From Escherichia coli (GTDB lineage Bacteria; Pseudomonadota; Gammaproteobacteria; Enterobacterales; Enterobacteriaceae): DNA of 64,000 bases. The notes below the pieces were generated by a model, which saw nothing but the letters and a program-made list of their open reading frames with translations, was not told where the DNA came from and did no database searches. The DNA lies in assembly GCF_003018235.1 (NCBI RefSeq), contig NZ_CP027437.1, one strand, 5' to 3'. Position 1 is the stretch's first letter. The number at the start of each line of letters is the position of its first letter. Below are positions 31,822-44,731 of this stretch, piece after piece. A program made the translations under genes and the position numbers.

Positions 31822-32853
31822 ATGTCTGCATTTACCCCGGCAAGTGAAGTCTTGCTGCGTCACAGTGATGATTTCGAACAAAGCCGTATTCTTTTTGCCG
31901 GAGACTTACAGGATGACCTGCCCGCGCGTTTAGATACCGCGGCCAGCCGTGCTCATACCCAGCAATTCCACCATTGGCAGGTGTTAAGCCGCCAGATGGG
32001 GGATAACGCCCGTTTTAGTCTGGTCGCCACGGCGAATGATGTCGCAGATTGCGATACGTTGATTTACTACTGGCCGAAGAACAAACCGGAAGCCCAGTTC
32101 CAGTTGATGAATTTACTTTCTCTGCTGCCGGTGGGCACGGATATTTTTGTCGTTGGCGAGAACCGCAGCGGCGTGCGCAGCGCCGAACAGATGCTGGCAG
32201 ATTATGCGCCGTTGAATAAAGTCGACAGCGCCCGTCGCTGTGGCCTCTATTTTGGTCGTCTGGAAAAACAGCCGGTGTTTGATGCCGATAAATTCTGGGG
32301 CGAATACAGCGTCGATGGCCTGACGGTCAAAACGCTGCCGGGCGTGTTTAGCCGCGACGGTCTGGATGTCGGTAGCCAGTTGCTGCTCTCGACGTTAACT
32401 CCGCACACGAAAGGTAAAGTGCTGGATGTCGGCTGCGGCGCGGGCGTGCTTTCGGTTGCCTTTGCGCGCCATTCACCGAAAATTCGTCTCACTCTGTGCG
32501 ATGTCTCTGCGCCAGCGGTAGAAGCCAGCCGCGCAACACTTGCGGCCAACGGTGTTGAAGGTGAAGTCTTTGCCAGTAACGTCTTTTCCGAGGTGAAAGG
32601 TCGTTTTGATATGATCATCTCCAACCCGCCGTTCCACGATGGGATGCAAACCAGCCTCGATGCGGCGCAAACGCTGATTCGCGGCGCGGTGCGTCATCTT
32701 AATAGCGGCGGCGAGCTGCGAATTGTAGCGAACGCCTTCCTGCCTTATCCGGACGTGCTGGATGAGACATTTGGCTTCCACGAAGTGATCGCGCAAACCG
32801 GGCGCTTCAAGGTGTATCGCGCCATTATGACCCGCCAGGCGAAGAAAGGTTAA
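31822..32853 (+). CDS. rsmC: 16S rRNA (guanine1207-N2)-methyltransferase
   Basis: 343 aa; SAM-binding motif DVGCGAG. Confidence 0.9.
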   Translation: MSAFTPASEVLLRHSDDFEQSRILFAGDLQDDLPARLDTAASRAHTQQFHHWQVLSRQMGDNARFSLVATANDVADCDTLIYYWPKNKPEAQFQLMNLLSLLPVGTDIFVVGENRSGVRSAEQMLADYAPLNKVDSARRCGLYFGRLEKQPVFDADKFWGEYSVDGLTVKTLPGVFSRDGLDVGSQLLLSTLTPHTKGKVLDVGCGAGVLSVAFARHSPKIRLTLCDVSAPAVEASRATLAANGVEGEVFASNVFSEVKGRFDMIISNPPFHDGMQTSLDAAQTLIRGAVRHLNSGGELRIVANAFLPYPDVLDETFGFHEVIAQTGRFKVYRAIMTRQAKKG

Positions 32854-33052
32854 GTATCTGATATCTGTCGCCGCATACCGTGTCGGATGCGGCGTACACG
32901 CCTTCTCTGACCGACAAACGAATTATCCACAATCCGCTGATGGACATTTTTCCAGCAATTACACCTCCGGCGATAATTAACTATTGACGAAAAGCTGAAA
33001 ACCACTAGAATGCGCCTCCGTGGTAGCAATTCTTTTTAAGAATTGATGGTAT

Positions 33053-33139
33053 GCGAAGGTGGCGGAATTGGTAGACGCGCTAGCTTCAGGTGTTAGTGTC
33101 CTTACGGACGTGGGGGTTCAAGTCCCCCCCCTCGCACCA
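33053..33139 (+). tRNA. leuV: tRNA-Leu (CAG)
   Basis: 87-nt GCGAAGGTGGCGGAATTGGTAGACGCG...CTCGCACCA; first of three identical copies (copy naming tentative). Confidence 0.9.
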
Positions 33140-33167
33140 AAAACCACGTTGATATTGCTCGCACTGG

Positions 33168-33254
33168 GCGAAGGTGGCGGAATTGGTAGACGCGCTAGCT
33201 TCAGGTGTTAGTGTCCTTACGGACGTGGGGGTTCAAGTCCCCCCCCTCGCACCA
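33168..33254 (+). tRNA. leuP: tRNA-Leu (CAG)
   Basis: identical second copy. Confidence 0.9.
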
Positions 33255-33288
33255 AACGAGGCGATATCAAAAAAAGTAAGATGACTGT

Positions 33289-33375
33289 GCGAAGGTGGCG
33301 GAATTGGTAGACGCGCTAGCTTCAGGTGTTAGTGTCCTTACGGACGTGGGGGTTCAAGTCCCCCCCCTCGCACCA
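33289..33375 (+). tRNA. leuQ: tRNA-Leu (CAG)
   Basis: identical third copy. Confidence 0.9.
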
Positions 33376-33413
33376 ATTATCTTTACTTCCTTTCTTGTTT
33401 CTTCCCTGATTTT

Positions 33414-33650
33414 TCATCCCTGATTCAAATTCATTATCATCAGCATGATGCCAGCAATAAGCGCCAGGCACGATGGCAGCAAAACGTAATGCCGCAACTG
33501 TTTGTGATACAGCATCACCGGCGTCAATATTAATCCCATCAGAATGACAATCCGCCACTGATCCGGCGATAAATCCGCATACATCAGCCCTGCAATCAGC
33601 AATCCCGGCAGCAACACTCCCCAGCCACTGCCCAGCGTACGTTGCAACAT
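33414..33650 (-). CDS. yjjZ: small inner-membrane protein YjjZ (DUF1435)
   Basis: 78 aa from ATG 33650; hydrophobic. Confidence 0.55.
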   Translation of the reverse strand: MLQRTLGSGWGVLLPGLLIAGLMYADLSPDQWRIVILMGLILTPVMLYHKQLRHYVLLPSCLALIAGIMLMIMNLNQG

Positions 33651-33790
33651 GGTTTCATCTCTTTCATTGATAATGATAACTAATATCATATGATAATTTT
33701 TATCATTTGCAAGCCAGAGAAATCCCTTGCTATCGGGTAAACCTATCGCTAGGATTAGCAATCATTATCATTTAGATTACTATCCCGATT

Positions 33791-34579
33791 ATGGCCTATC
33801 GTTCCGCACCGCTCTATGAAGATGTTATCTGGCGAACGCATCTCCAGCCGCAGGATGCTGGGCTTGCACAAGCCATACGGGCGACGATCGCCGAACATCG
33901 TGAACATTTGCTCGAGTTTATCCGCCTGGATGAACCCGCTCCGCTTAACGCCATGACGCTGGCGCAATGGTCATCAACGAATGCGCTAAGTTCTCTACTG
34001 GCGGTCTATTCCGATCATATCTATCGCAACCAACCAACGATGATCCGCGAGAACAAACCGCTGATCTCACTATGGGCGCAATGGTATATCGGCCTGATGG
34101 TGCCACCATTAATGTTGGCGCTGCTGACGCAGGAAAAAGCATTAGATGTGTCGCCGGAACATTTCCACGTTGAGTTTCACGAAACCGGACGCGCCGCCTG
34201 TTTCTGGGTCGATGTGTGTGAAGATAAAAACGCAACACTACATTCGCCGCAGCAGCGAATGGAAACGTTAATCAGTCAGGCGCTGGTTCCGGTAGTGCAG
34301 GCATTAGAAGCAACGGGAGAGATCAACGGCAAACTTATCTGGAGCAATACCGGTTATTTGATCAACTGGTATCTGACTGAGATGAAACAGCTGCTTGGCG
34401 AGGCGACGGTTGAATCGCTGCGCCATGCCCTCTTTTTTGAGAAAATGCTCACGAACGGTGAAGATAATCCACTCTGGCGTACCGTGGTACTGCGCGACGG
34501 CCTGCTGGTGCGCCGCACTTGCTGCCAGCGTTATCGCTTACCGGATGTGCAGCAATGTGGCGATTGTACGCTGAAATGA
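33791..34579 (+). CDS. fhuF: ferric-siderophore reductase FhuF
   Basis: 262 aa; C-terminal C-C-x10-C-x2-C motif. Confidence 0.9.
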   Translation: MAYRSAPLYEDVIWRTHLQPQDAGLAQAIRATIAEHREHLLEFIRLDEPAPLNAMTLAQWSSTNALSSLLAVYSDHIYRNQPTMIRENKPLISLWAQWYIGLMVPPLMLALLTQEKALDVSPEHFHVEFHETGRAACFWVDVCEDKNATLHSPQQRMETLISQALVPVVQALEATGEINGKLIWSNTGYLINWYLTEMKQLLGEATVESLRHALFFEKMLTNGEDNPLWRTVVLRDGLLVRRTCCQRYRLPDVQQCGDCTLK

Positions 34580-34616
34580 AAGCACTGCCGGGGAAGTAAA
34601 CCCGGCATCATGCGGA

Positions 34617-35294
34617 TTAATAGGGATGCAACACATTACTTGCTTCGCAATGCCGCATACATAACAGAATATCTGCGGCCTCCAACAACCCTGCATCAGA
34701 ACTGACGCCCAGTTTCGACATCACATTAAATTTATGTGCACGGATCGTTTTGATATTGCGTTTAAGCTGCTCGGCAATTTGTGTCATTGAGTAGCCACGC
34801 GACATAAAGCGCAATATTTCTCTCTCCGTCGGGCTTAGCGTTCGGCTTTGATTAATGTACCACTGATTGTTCAGTCGGTCGGTCGCCTGACGTACACCAT
34901 TTAATGACAAAAAGAGTTCCTGATGAAAAATCTCCAGCGTTGACGCTTTACTTAATACACCGTCCAACGGTGATGGCGACAATGAACCAATCAGCCGAGC
35001 TTCAATATCATCATCCGCAATAACTAAACGCCGGGTACGCGGAAACTTAATCGCCAGTTCAGTCAGGCAAGATAATCCCTCTCTGCGCTCACTTCTCATG
35101 GCAGAAAAAGAAAAAATGACCGCCGCAAACGAGATCCGCGACATGGCATCCTGAAATGACTCCTGACTGGTATAGGTATGGAGCTTATAAGGGTTACCCG
35201 CAAACTTTCTGAATAAACTCTCAATACCGATACTACTCATGACGCATTTTTCTATGAGTGCGACATTTCTCTTCTTAATTCGGCTGTGTTCCAT
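34617..35294 (-). CDS. bglJ: LuxR-family transcriptional regulator BglJ
   Basis: 225 aa; C-terminal LuxR HTH; overlaps yjjQ. Confidence 0.85.
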
Positions 35295-35977
35295 TCTGCG
35301 GCATCTCCATAAACAGAAGGCAAGTTAAGTTCTCTTGCACCCTGCGCGCTATTTATCCATGCATACATTTCAGCGTTGCTGTGAATTGCCAGTCGACGCA
35401 TCGCACTGTTTTTTTGGGCGCTGATAGTTTTATTACTTTTCTTAAGCAATGAAGCTATCTGGTTGATGCCCCATCCTTTACCTAATAGCCGCAGTACCTT
35501 GCGCTCTGAAAGAGTGAGAATGACGGAGCGATAGCTAAAATCATGAGTTTCAGTCATTGCCGGAGAGGTCAGCATGGCGCTGATACGCTCTGCGTGCGTA
35601 TTGCCGGAACGTACGGTCTTGACCAGATTCTCAATGGGTTCAACATCAGACAATAACGTCGCCGTAGGGCACATAAGCAGTTCTACTGCCTGGGAATACC
35701 AGGAGCGTGACACCATGAAAACCCAGTGAATTTCCCGATATTGTGAGATTAAAGAATAATAATGTTCACAAACAGAACGTGGATCTTCACTTTCACCGGC
35801 TAAATCAGCAATGACTAATCCGGAACGACGTAATTGTAATAAGGTAAGGTCCTCCGCAGAGGCGCTGGATATTATTTCATATTCAGGGAAGTGAGTCCTC
35901 ATGACCTCTTTTAACCCTGCTTGCATAACAGGTATTTTACTGATAACAATTCCATTTTTGCAGCATCCTGGCAACAT
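35252..35977 (-). CDS. yjjQ: LuxR-family transcriptional regulator YjjQ
   Basis: 241 aa; C-terminal LuxR HTH. Confidence 0.85.
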
Positions 35978-36595
35978 ATTTCCTCCACATCCACTGTCTA
36001 AAAATTATGATGGTTTATTCAGGATATTCATTCCTTAAATGTTTCCAGCAAATTAATAGATTAAGCGAATAAATTATCCTTAGCATTCACTTTCATATCA
36101 GCATACTCCTGCTGCACAACAACTCCACTGCATGTGTCAGAAGGTTAGCATCAAATGATAACCTGGTGAAATAGCCTGGAGACATTTAAAATATCTACAT
36201 TAAGTTGTTAGAAATACTTAATGAAAAACAGAATTCTCATTCATTTAATTTATAATTAACTGATATCCCTTCCCGCAGAATGCAAAATCACACAATCAAT
36301 ATTTATTCAATAAAATCTGATAGTTTTAACTTGTAAAAATTAAAAAACGCGCCCAGTTATCTTTTATCCTGATTCGTAAAGGCTAAACAATAAATTCATT
36401 ATAGTGATAATATTCATGTGATAATTTGTTTGCGACGAGAGATAATTCGCTTTTTATCACCGAGCTTCTCCCGATAACCAGGATTAATCAGCGCAATTTT
36501 GATCTTAACCTACCGCAAAACAACCGTGCTTCATGATACAAATGGATTCTCATTATCTGAACAATACGCAGCACGTCTATGACAAAGGGCGAGTT

Positions 36596-37366
36596 ATGCA
36601 AACTGAGCAACAGCGAGCCGTAACACGGCTTTGTATCCAGTGTGGATTATTTCTTTTGCAACATGGTGCGGAAAGCGCGTTGGTTGATGAGCTTTCCTCA
36701 CGACTGGGTCGGGCGTTGGGAATGGACAGCGTCGAAAGTTCTATCTCTTCGAACGCCATAGTGCTGACAACCATTAAAGATGGGCAATGCCTGACATCGA
36801 CACGAAAAAATCACGATCGCGGCATTAATATGCATGTGGTGACTGAAGTCCAGCACATTGTGATTCTGGCGGAGCATCATCTGCTGGATTACAAAGGTGT
36901 AGAGAAACGATTTAGCCAAATTCAGCCATTACGTTACCCGAGATGGCTGGTAGCCTTAATGGTCGGCCTTTCTTGCGCCTGTTTCTGTAAACTCAATAAA
37001 GGTGGCTGGGATGGTGCCGTCATCACCTTCTTTGCCAGTACGGTCGCGATGTATATCCGCCAGCTGCTGGCACAACGTCATCTTCATCCACAGATCAACT
37101 TTTGCCTCACCGCTTTCGCCGCCACCACCATTTCCGGTTTGCTTTTGCAACTTCCCACTTTCAGCAATACACCCACTATCGCGATGGCCGCCAGCGTTCT
37201 GCTGCTGGTGCCGGGTTTTCCGTTGATTAATGCCGTCGCCGATATGTTTAAAGGCCACATCAATACCGGGCTGGCACGCTGGGCGATCGCCAGTCTGCTG
37301 ACACTGGCTACCTGCGTCGGCGTAGTAATGGCACTGACGATTTGGGGGCTACGCGGATGGGTGTGA
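36596..37366 (+). CDS. yjjP: inner-membrane protein YjjP (ThrE family)
   Basis: 256 aa from ATG 36596. Confidence 0.85.
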   Translation: MQTEQQRAVTRLCIQCGLFLLQHGAESALVDELSSRLGRALGMDSVESSISSNAIVLTTIKDGQCLTSTRKNHDRGINMHVVTEVQHIVILAEHHLLDYKGVEKRFSQIQPLRYPRWLVALMVGLSCACFCKLNKGGWDGAVITFFASTVAMYIRQLLAQRHLHPQINFCLTAFAATTISGLLLQLPTFSNTPTIAMAASVLLLVPGFPLINAVADMFKGHINTGLARWAIASLLTLATCVGVVMALTIWGLRGWV

Positions 37367-37830
37367 TCGAATTTCTGTTTGCATTGGCGCAGGATATGAT
37401 CCTCGCCGCCATTCCTGCGGTCGGCTTTGCGATGGTGTTCAACGTTCCCGTGCGGGCGTTACGCTGGTGTGCGCTGCTTGGCTCGATAGGTCATGGTTCC
37501 CGAATGATCTTAATGACCAGCGGGCTGAATATTGAGTGGTCAACTTTTATGGCTTCTATGCTGGTCGGCACCATTGGTATTCAATGGTCGCGCTGGTATC
37601 TGGCGCATCCGAAAGTGTTTACCGTGGCGGCTGTTATTCCTATGTTCCCTGGCATATCGGCTTATACCGCAATGATTTCGGCGGTAAAAATCAGCCAGCT
37701 AGGTTACAGCGAACCGTTGATGATTACCCTGTTAACCAACTTTCTTACAGCTTCATCAATTGTTGGTGCGTTATCCATCGGTCTTTCCATTCCTGGATTA
37801 TGGTTGTACCGCAAGCGCCCTCGCGTATAA
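37357..37830 (+). CDS. yjjB: inner-membrane protein YjjB
   Basis: 157 aa; overlaps yjjP end. Confidence 0.85.
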   Translation: MGVIEFLFALAQDMILAAIPAVGFAMVFNVPVRALRWCALLGSIGHGSRMILMTSGLNIEWSTFMASMLVGTIGIQWSRWYLAHPKVFTVAAVIPMFPGISAYTAMISAVKISQLGYSEPLMITLLTNFLTASSIVGALSIGLSIPGLWLYRKRPRV

Positions 37831-37936
37831 AATTGCCTCGCTTAAGCACACGGATGAGAGACAGCCTCCTCTCCTCCGTGTGTTACTATAAAAGTTATCT
37901 CCCTTCTCGTTCATCGTTCCATATTTGAGAAACAGT

Positions 37937-38476
37937 ATGTCTTCCAGAGTTTTGACCCCGGACGTCGTTGGTATTGACGCCCTGGTACACGATCACCAAA
38001 CCGTTCTGGCAAAAGCTGAAGGCGGTGTGGTTGCCGTATTTGCTAACAATGCCCCGGCGTTTTATGCCGTCACGCCTGCACGCCTGGCTGAACTGCTAGC
38101 GCTGGAAGAAAAGCTGGCGCGTCCGGGAAGCGATGTCGCTCTGGACGATCAACTCTATCAGGAACCGCAAGCTGCTCCCGTAGCTGTACCCATGGGGAAA
38201 TTCGCCATGTATCCGGACTGGCAACCCGATGCCGACTTTATCCGCCTGGCGGCGCTATGGGGCGTGGCACTAAGAGAGCCGGTGACCACCGAAGAACTGG
38301 CCTCATTCATTGCCTACTGGCAGGCGGAAGGTAAAGTCTTTCACCATGTGCAGTGGCAACAAAAACTGGCGCGCAGCCTGCAAATCGGTCGTGCCAGCAA
38401 CGGCGGACTGCCGAAACGAGATGTGAATACGGTCAGTGAACCTGACAGCCAAATTCCACCAGGATTCAGAGGGTAA
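37937..38476 (+). CDS. dnaT: primosomal protein DnaT
   Basis: 179 aa [21 protein letters not shown]...IPPGFRG. Confidence 0.95.
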
Positions 38477-38478
38477 CG

Positions 38479-39216
38479 ATGAAAAACGTTGGCGACCTGA
38501 TTCAACGCCTGCAAAAAATGATGCCTGCCCATATCAAACCTGCTTTCAAAACGGGTGAAGAACTACTGGCCTGGCAGAAAGAACAAGGGGCGATCCGCTC
38601 CGCCGCTCTCGAACGTGAAAATCGGGCGATGAAAATGCAGCGCACCTTTAACCGCTCCGGTATTCGTCCACTGCATCAGAACTGCTCCTTTGAGAACTAT
38701 CGCGTTGAGTGTGAAGGGCAGATGAATGCGTTAAGCAAAGCGCGCCAGTATGTCGAAGAGTTTGACGGCAACATCGCCAGCTTCATCTTTTCTGGTAAGC
38801 CAGGAACCGGCAAAAACCATCTGGCGGCGGCAATCTGCAACGAGCTGCTGCTACGCGGTAAATCCGTATTGATCATCACCGTGGCCGATATTATGTCGGC
38901 GATGAAAGATACCTTCAGGAATAGCGGTACCAGCGAAGAACAACTGCTTAACGATCTGAGCAACGTTGATCTGCTGGTGATCGATGAGATCGGCGTGCAG
39001 ACCGAATCGAAATACGAAAAAGTGATCATCAACCAGATCGTCGATCGCCGCTCTTCTTCCAAACGCCCAACCGGGATGCTGACCAACAGTAATATGGAAG
39101 AGATGACCAAGTTGCTGGGCGAACGCGTGATGGACCGTATGCGCCTGGGTAACAGTTTGTGGGTGATCTTCAACTGGGATAGCTACCGTAGCCGGGTAAC
39201 GGGTAAAGAGTATTAA
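38479..39216 (+). CDS. dnaC: helicase loader DnaC
   Basis: 245 aa; Walker A GKPGTGKNH, Walker B LLVIDE. Confidence 0.95.
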   Translation: MKNVGDLIQRLQKMMPAHIKPAFKTGEELLAWQKEQGAIRSAALERENRAMKMQRTFNRSGIRPLHQNCSFENYRVECEGQMNALSKARQYVEEFDGNIASFIFSGKPGTGKNHLAAAICNELLLRGKSVLIITVADIMSAMKDTFRNSGTSEEQLLNDLSNVDLLVIDEIGVQTESKYEKVIINQIVDRRSSSKRPTGMLTNSNMEEMTKLLGERVMDRMRLGNSLWVIFNWDSYRSRVTGKEY

Positions 39217-39261
39217 TCCCCGTTTCTGGCGGTATACTGCGACACAATTCCACCTTGAGTA

Positions 39262-39759
39262 ATGATGATGAAAACTGTTAAACATCTTCTGTGCTGTGCC
39301 ATTGCCGCCAGCGCATTAATTTCCACCGGGGTGCATGCTGCGTCCTGGAAAGATGCGCTCTCCAGCGCCGCCAGCGAACTTGGCAACCAAAACAGCACGA
39401 CACAGGAAGGCGGTTGGTCGCTCGCGTCATTAACTAACTTGCTTAGCAGCGGAAACCAGGCCTTAAGCGCAGATAACATGAACAATGCCGCAGGCATTCT
39501 GCAATACTGCGCGAAGCAAAAGCTGGCTTCGGTAACCGATGCCGAAAACATCAAGAATCAGGTACTGGAAAAACTGGGCCTGAACAGTGAAGAGCAAAAA
39601 GAAGACACCAATTATCTGGATGGCATTCAGGGTTTGCTGAAAACTAAAGATGGTCAGCAACTCAATCTGGATAATATCGGAACGACTCCGCTGGCAGAAA
39701 AGGTGAAAACCAAAGCCTGCGATCTGGTGTTAAAGCAGGGGCTGAACTTCATTTCCTGA
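39262..39759 (+). CDS. yjjA: periplasmic protein YjjA (DUF2501)
   Basis: signal peptide; about 164 aa. Confidence 0.8.
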   Translation: MMMKTVKHLLCCAIAASALISTGVHAASWKDALSSAASELGNQNSTTQEGGWSLASLTNLLSSGNQALSADNMNNAAGILQYCAKQKLASVTDAENIKNQVLEKLGLNSEEQKEDTNYLDGIQGLLKTKDGQQLNLDNIGTTPLAEKVKTKACDLVLKQGLNFIS

Positions 39760-40012
39760 ACCGCGAAACGCCGCGTTTTAGCTGTTACCCGGCTGACGCG
39801 GCTCTCTCCTGCCCTTTTCCCTGCTCCTGGACGGTTTTCCCCCTGTTACACGGGAAGCGACCGTAATCAAAAAAGTCTGTTTATAAACTAATTCCTAACA
39901 ACATCGCATTTTTTTGACACTAGAATTGCAGCAATATGGCGACGCCATTACATTGTGCTTCTCAAAAAGCTTAAACGTTGGCTAAACGGCCCGGTTTAGT
40001 GAGGATCGCCCG

Positions 40013-42304
40013 TTGTCAGAACTACTCTCTTTCGCCCTTTTTCTCGCCTCTGTGCTGATTTACGCATGGAAAGCGGGACGTAACACCTGGTGGTTTGCAG
40101 CCACATTAACGGTACTGGGGCTATTTGTCGTTTTAAATATCACCCTGTTTGCCAGCGACTATTTTACTGGCGATGGTATTAACGACGCGGTTCTCTATAC
40201 CTTAACCAACAGCCTGACCGGTGCTGGTGTCAGTAAATACATCCTGCCTGGTATCGGCATTGTGCTGGGGCTGACGGCGGTGTTCGGTGCGCTGGGCTGG
40301 ATCCTGCGCCGTCGTCGCCATCATCCGCACCATTTTGGTTACAGCCTGCTGGCACTCTTACTGGCGCTGGGTTCAGTGGATGCCAGCCCGGCATTTCGTC
40401 AGATAACGGAACTAGTGAAATCCCAGTCACGCGACGGCGACCCGGACTTTGCGGCTTATTATAAAGAGCCGTCGAAAACTATCCCTGACCCGAAACTCAA
40501 CCTGGTTTATATCTACGGCGAAAGTCTCGAGCGGACCTATTTTGATAACGAGGCTTTCCCGGATCTCACGCCTGAACTGGGCGCGTTGAAAAATGAAGGC
40601 CTGGATTTCAGCCACACGCAGCAGCTGCCAGGAACGGATTACACGATTGCGGGCATGGTGGCTTCTCAGTGCGGCATACCGCTGTTTGCCCCCTTTGAAG
40701 GCAACGCCTCCGCCTCTGTCTCCAGCTTCTTCCCGCAGAACATCTGTCTGGGAGATATCCTGAAAAACTCGGGTTATCAGAACTATTTCGTGCAGGGCGC
40801 AAATCTGCGTTTTGCAGGTAAAGATGTGTTCCTGAAATCGCACGGCTTCGATCACTTATACGGCTCAGAAGAGCTGAAAAGCGTGGTGGCCGACCCGCAC
40901 TATCGCAACGACTGGGGATTCTACGACGATACCGTTCTCGATGAAGCGTGGAAAAAGTTTGAAGAGCTTTCCCGTTCTGGTCAGCGATTCTCACTGTTTA
41001 CCCTGACGGTCGATACCCATCACCCGGATGGTTTTATCTCGCGCACCTGTAACCGCAAAAAATATGATTTTGACGGTAAGCCTAATCAGTCATTCAGCGC
41101 GGTAAGTTGCAGTCAGGAGAATATCGCGACGTTTATCAACAAAATCAAAGCGTCACCGTGGTTTAAAGATACCGTCATCGTCGTCTCTTCTGACCATTTA
41201 GCGATGAACAACACGGCGTGGAAATACCTTAATAAACAGGATCGCAATAACCTGTTTTTTGTCATCCGTGGCGACAAGCCGCAGCAAGAGACGCTGGCGG
41301 TGAAGCGTAACACGATGGATAACGGCGCGACGGTGCTGGACATTCTCGGTGGCGATAACTATCTCGGACTTGGTCGTAGCAGTTTATCCGGGCAGTCAAT
41401 GTCAGAAATCTTCCTCAATATCAAAGAGAAAACATTGGCGTGGAAGCCGGATATCATCCGCCTGTGGAAATTCCCTAAAGAGATGAAAGAGTTCACCATC
41501 GACCAGCAGAAAAACATGATTGCCTTCTCGGGTAGCCATTTCCGTTTGCCGCTGCTGTTGCGGGTTTCAGACAAACGCGTGGAACCGCTGCCGGAAAGCG
41601 AATACTCAGCACCGCTGCGTTTCCAGCTGGCCGATTTCGCTCCACGCGACAATTTCGTCTGGGTTGACCGTTGCTACAAGATGGCACAACTTTGGGCTCA
41701 GGAACTGGCACTCTCCACCGACTGGTGTGTCTCGCAAGGGCAGCTTGGCGGTCAGCAAATTGTCCAGCATGTTGATAAAACAATGTGGAAGGGCAAAACG
41801 GCATTTAAAGATACGGTCATCGACATGGCGCGTTACAAAGGCAATGTCGATACGCTGAAGATTGTTGATAACGATATTCGCTACAAAGCCGACAGTTTCA
41901 TCTTTAACGTCGCCGGTGCGCCAGAAGAGGTGAAACAGTTTAGCGGGATTTCCCGTCCGGAGTCGTGGGGCCGCTGGTCCAACGCGCAACTGGGCGACGA
42001 AGTAAAAATCGAGTACAAGCATCCGCTGCCGAAGAAATTTGACCTGGTGATTACCGCCAAAGCATACGGCAATAACGCCAGCCGTCCTATTCCGGTACGC
42101 GTAGGCAATGAAGAACAAACTCTTGTGCTGGGCAATGAAGTGACCACCACCACGCTGCATTTCGATAACCCAACCGATGCCGACACGCTGGTAATTGTGC
42201 CGCCGGAACCTGTCTCAACCAACGAAGGGAATATCCTCGGACACTCGCCGCGTAAGCTCGGGATCGGCATGGTAGAAATTAAAGTGGTAGAACGTGAAGG
42301 ATAA
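40013..42304 (+). CDS. opgB: phosphoglycerol transferase I (OPG biosynthesis)
   Basis: 763 aa; TTG start; N-terminal TM segments plus sulfatase-like domain. Confidence 0.9.
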   Translation: MSELLSFALFLASVLIYAWKAGRNTWWFAATLTVLGLFVVLNITLFASDYFTGDGINDAVLYTLTNSLTGAGVSKYILPGIGIVLGLTAVFGALGWILRRRRHHPHHFGYSLLALLLALGSVDASPAFRQITELVKSQSRDGDPDFAAYYKEPSKTIPDPKLNLVYIYGESLERTYFDNEAFPDLTPELGALKNEGLDFSHTQQLPGTDYTIAGMVASQCGIPLFAPFEGNASASVSSFFPQNICLGDILKNSGYQNYFVQGANLRFAGKDVFLKSHGFDHLYGSEELKSVVADPHYRNDWGFYDDTVLDEAWKKFEELSRSGQRFSLFTLTVDTHHPDGFISRTCNRKKYDFDGKPNQSFSAVSCSQENIATFINKIKASPWFKDTVIVVSSDHLAMNNTAWKYLNKQDRNNLFFVIRGDKPQQETLAVKRNTMDNGATVLDILGGDNYLGLGRSSLSGQSMSEIFLNIKEKTLAWKPDIIRLWKFPKEMKEFTIDQQKNMIAFSGSHFRLPLLLRVSDKRVEPLPESEYSAPLRFQLADFAPRDNFVWVDRCYKMAQLWAQELALSTDWCVSQGQLGGQQIVQHVDKTMWKGKTAFKDTVIDMARYKGNVDTLKIVDNDIRYKADSFIFNVAGAPEEVKQFSGISRPESWGRWSNAQLGDEVKIEYKHPLPKKFDLVITAKAYGNNASRPIPVRVGNEEQTLVLGNEVTTTTLHFDNPTDADTLVIVPPEPVSTNEGNILGHSPRKLGIGMVEIKVVEREG

Positions 42305-42317
42305 TTCCTGACTGATG

Positions 42318-42344
42318 TGTAGGTCGCATAAGGTGCGACCTACA
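42318..42344. repeat. REP-like palindromic unit / terminator hairpin
   Basis: TGTAGGTCGCATAAGGTGCGACCTACA. Confidence 0.5.
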
Positions 42345-42441
42345 CGCCTTCTCCGGCTTACAACACACTATTAAGAAACAAAAAAAACAGCGCCCAACAC
42401 TTCCCCGGACGCTGCATGGCAACTTTAATAATCTCGCCTTA

Positions 42442-43464
42442 TCAGAAAGTAATTACACCCTTAATCAACTCACGATTGTTAATCACATCACGCTCGTAGG
42501 TTTCTGCCAGCGTGGCGAACGGGTAGCGATGGGTTAACATCATGTCGGCAGTGATTTTCCCTTCCGCCATCAGTCGACCGACTTTAGCGAAATCTTCCGG
42601 CGTGGCGTTGCGGCTACCCATCATCGTCGTTTCTTTTTTATGGAATTCTGGATCGGAGAACTGCAACTCACCTTTAAACAGACCGACAAATACCACCGTG
42701 CCGCCGTGACGAATCAGATTCACGGTGTTATTCATCGCATGTTGATTACCTGTCGCGTCGATCACTTTCTGCGCCAGAGAACCACCAAACTGCGCCCGCA
42801 GCTGCGCGTCAAAATCTTCGGCTGATGGGTCCAGCACGGGCAACTCCAGACGCGTTGCCACATGTTCACGGCGCGCCGGACTGGTATCCGCCACCACCAC
42901 CTGTGCGCCATCGGCTTTAGCGATTGCCGCCGCGCCCAGACCGATTGGCCCCGCCCCGACCACCAGCACCTGCTCGCCGGGAGCAATGGCTGCGCGACGT
43001 ACCGCATGAGCGCTAATAGCGAAAGGTTCAATCAATGCTGCCGCCTGCGGGTCAATACCATCTGCGGGCAAAATGTTCGCCACCGGCACGCTCAAATACT
43101 CACTAAAACCGCCATCCTGATGCACGCCAATGACTGAAATTTTTTCACAGCAATTGGTACGCCCGCTTTTACACGCCGGGCATTGCTGACAGGCAACATA
43201 AGGGATCACCGCTACTTGCTGTCCATTTTTAAGATTTGCAATATTTTTACCCAGCCCAACAATCTCCCCACATATTTCATGGCCTAAAACCCGTGGATAA
43301 CTAAAAAATGGTTGATTTCCACCCCAGGCATGAATATCGGTACCGCAAATCCCGACAGACTTAATTTTTATTAATGCTTCATTGTCACCCGGAATAGGTA
43401 TCTCGCGTTGTTTCCAGACTAATTCTTTCGGCTGCTGGCAAATTAAAACATTCATCGTAGACAT
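42442..43464 (-). CDS. lgoD: L-galactonate 5-dehydrogenase (Zn-dependent ADH family)
   Basis: 340 aa; GHE..G zinc-ADH motifs. Confidence 0.85.
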   Translation of the reverse strand: MSTMNVLICQQPKELVWKQREIPIPGDNEALIKIKSVGICGTDIHAWGGNQPFFSYPRVLGHEICGEIVGLGKNIANLKNGQQVAVIPYVACQQCPACKSGRTNCCEKISVIGVHQDGGFSEYLSVPVANILPADGIDPQAAALIEPFAISAHAVRRAAIAPGEQVLVVGAGPIGLGAAAIAKADGAQVVVADTSPARREHVATRLELPVLDPSAEDFDAQLRAQFGGSLAQKVIDATGNQHAMNNTVNLIRHGGTVVFVGLFKGELQFSDPEFHKKETTMMGSRNATPEDFAKVGRLMAEGKITADMMLTHRYPFATLAETYERDVINNRELIKGVITF

Positions 43465-43602
43465 GATTCGGCTCTCCATTTTTTGTTGCCTTAGATATCA
43501 ATGAAAATGAAAAATGGCAGCGGAACGGAAAATCTGTTTTGTGAAAACACACGCATAAAAATGTTTTAAATCGGGTTTTAATGGACTCACAAGGAGGAAA
43601 AT

Positions 43603-44517
43603 ATGAGTCGTTCACAAAATTTACGCCACAATGTGATTAACCAGGTCATTGATGATATGGCGCGGGGTCATATCCCTTCCCCACTTCCATCGCAAAGTGC
43701 GCTGGCGGAAATGTACAACATCAGCCGCACTACAGTGCGTCATATTCTCAGCCACTTACGCGAATGCGGCGTCTTAACGCAGGTTGGAAACGACTATGTG
43801 ATTGCGCGTAAACCTGACCATGATGACGGTTTCGCCTGTACTACCGCTTCAATGAGTGAACAAAACAAAGTGTTTGAGCAGGCTTTTTTCACGATGATAA
43901 ACCAGCGCCAGTTACGCCCTGGGGAAACTTTTTCTGAACTGCAACTGGCTCGGGCCGCGGGTGTCAGCCCGGTTGTAGTAAGAGAATATCTTTTAAAATT
44001 CGGCCGTTATAATCTTATTCAAAGCGAAAAGCGCGGCCAGTGGAGCATGAAGCAATTCGATCAATCCTACGCCGAGCAGCTGTTTGAACTACGCGAAATG
44101 CTCGAAACACATTCACTTCAGCACTTTCTCAACCTGCCTGATCATGATCCCCGCTGGCTGCAGGCGAAAACCATGCTCGAACGTCATCGGCTACTGCGTG
44201 ACAACATCGGCAATAGCTTTCGCATGTTCTCGCAACTTGACAGAGATTTTCACTCCTTACTGCTTTCAGCTGCCGACAATATCTTTTTTGATCAATCTCT
44301 TGAGATCATCTCAGTCATCTTTCATTTTCACTATCAATGGGACGAAAGCGATCTTAAACAGCGCAATATCATTACCGTCGATGAGCATATGACCATTCTC
44401 AGCGCTCTGATTTGCCGCAGTGACCTTGATGCCACCCTTGCGCTCCGTAACCATTTGAATTCAGCTAAACAATCAATGATTCGATCCATTAATGAGAACA
44501 CGCGTTATGCTCATTAA
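43603..44517 (+). CDS. lgoR: GntR-family regulator of L-galactonate operon
   Basis: 304 aa; N-terminal GntR HTH. Confidence 0.85.
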   Translation: MSRSQNLRHNVINQVIDDMARGHIPSPLPSQSALAEMYNISRTTVRHILSHLRECGVLTQVGNDYVIARKPDHDDGFACTTASMSEQNKVFEQAFFTMINQRQLRPGETFSELQLARAAGVSPVVVREYLLKFGRYNLIQSEKRGQWSMKQFDQSYAEQLFELREMLETHSLQHFLNLPDHDPRWLQAKTMLERHRLLRDNIGNSFRMFSQLDRDFHSLLLSAADNIFFDQSLEIISVIFHFHYQWDESDLKQRNIITVDEHMTILSALICRSDLDATLALRNHLNSAKQSMIRSINENTRYAH

Positions 44518-44731
44518 GTACGGATTAAAAACAGCAAACTATTAGCGGGGGCACGGTTTTATCAAAAGATAAATACCGGGAAATTCCCGCTTACCTATGC
44601 TCACAATCAGTCGACTAAAAATGTTTTTGTGAGCGGTAGTAAAGTCCTAAAACTTTAACCTGCCGTTAATGTCAACCTTGCGTAATGCACAATTACGTAA
44701 ACAATTAAAATTATAAATACAGGAGTCCGGC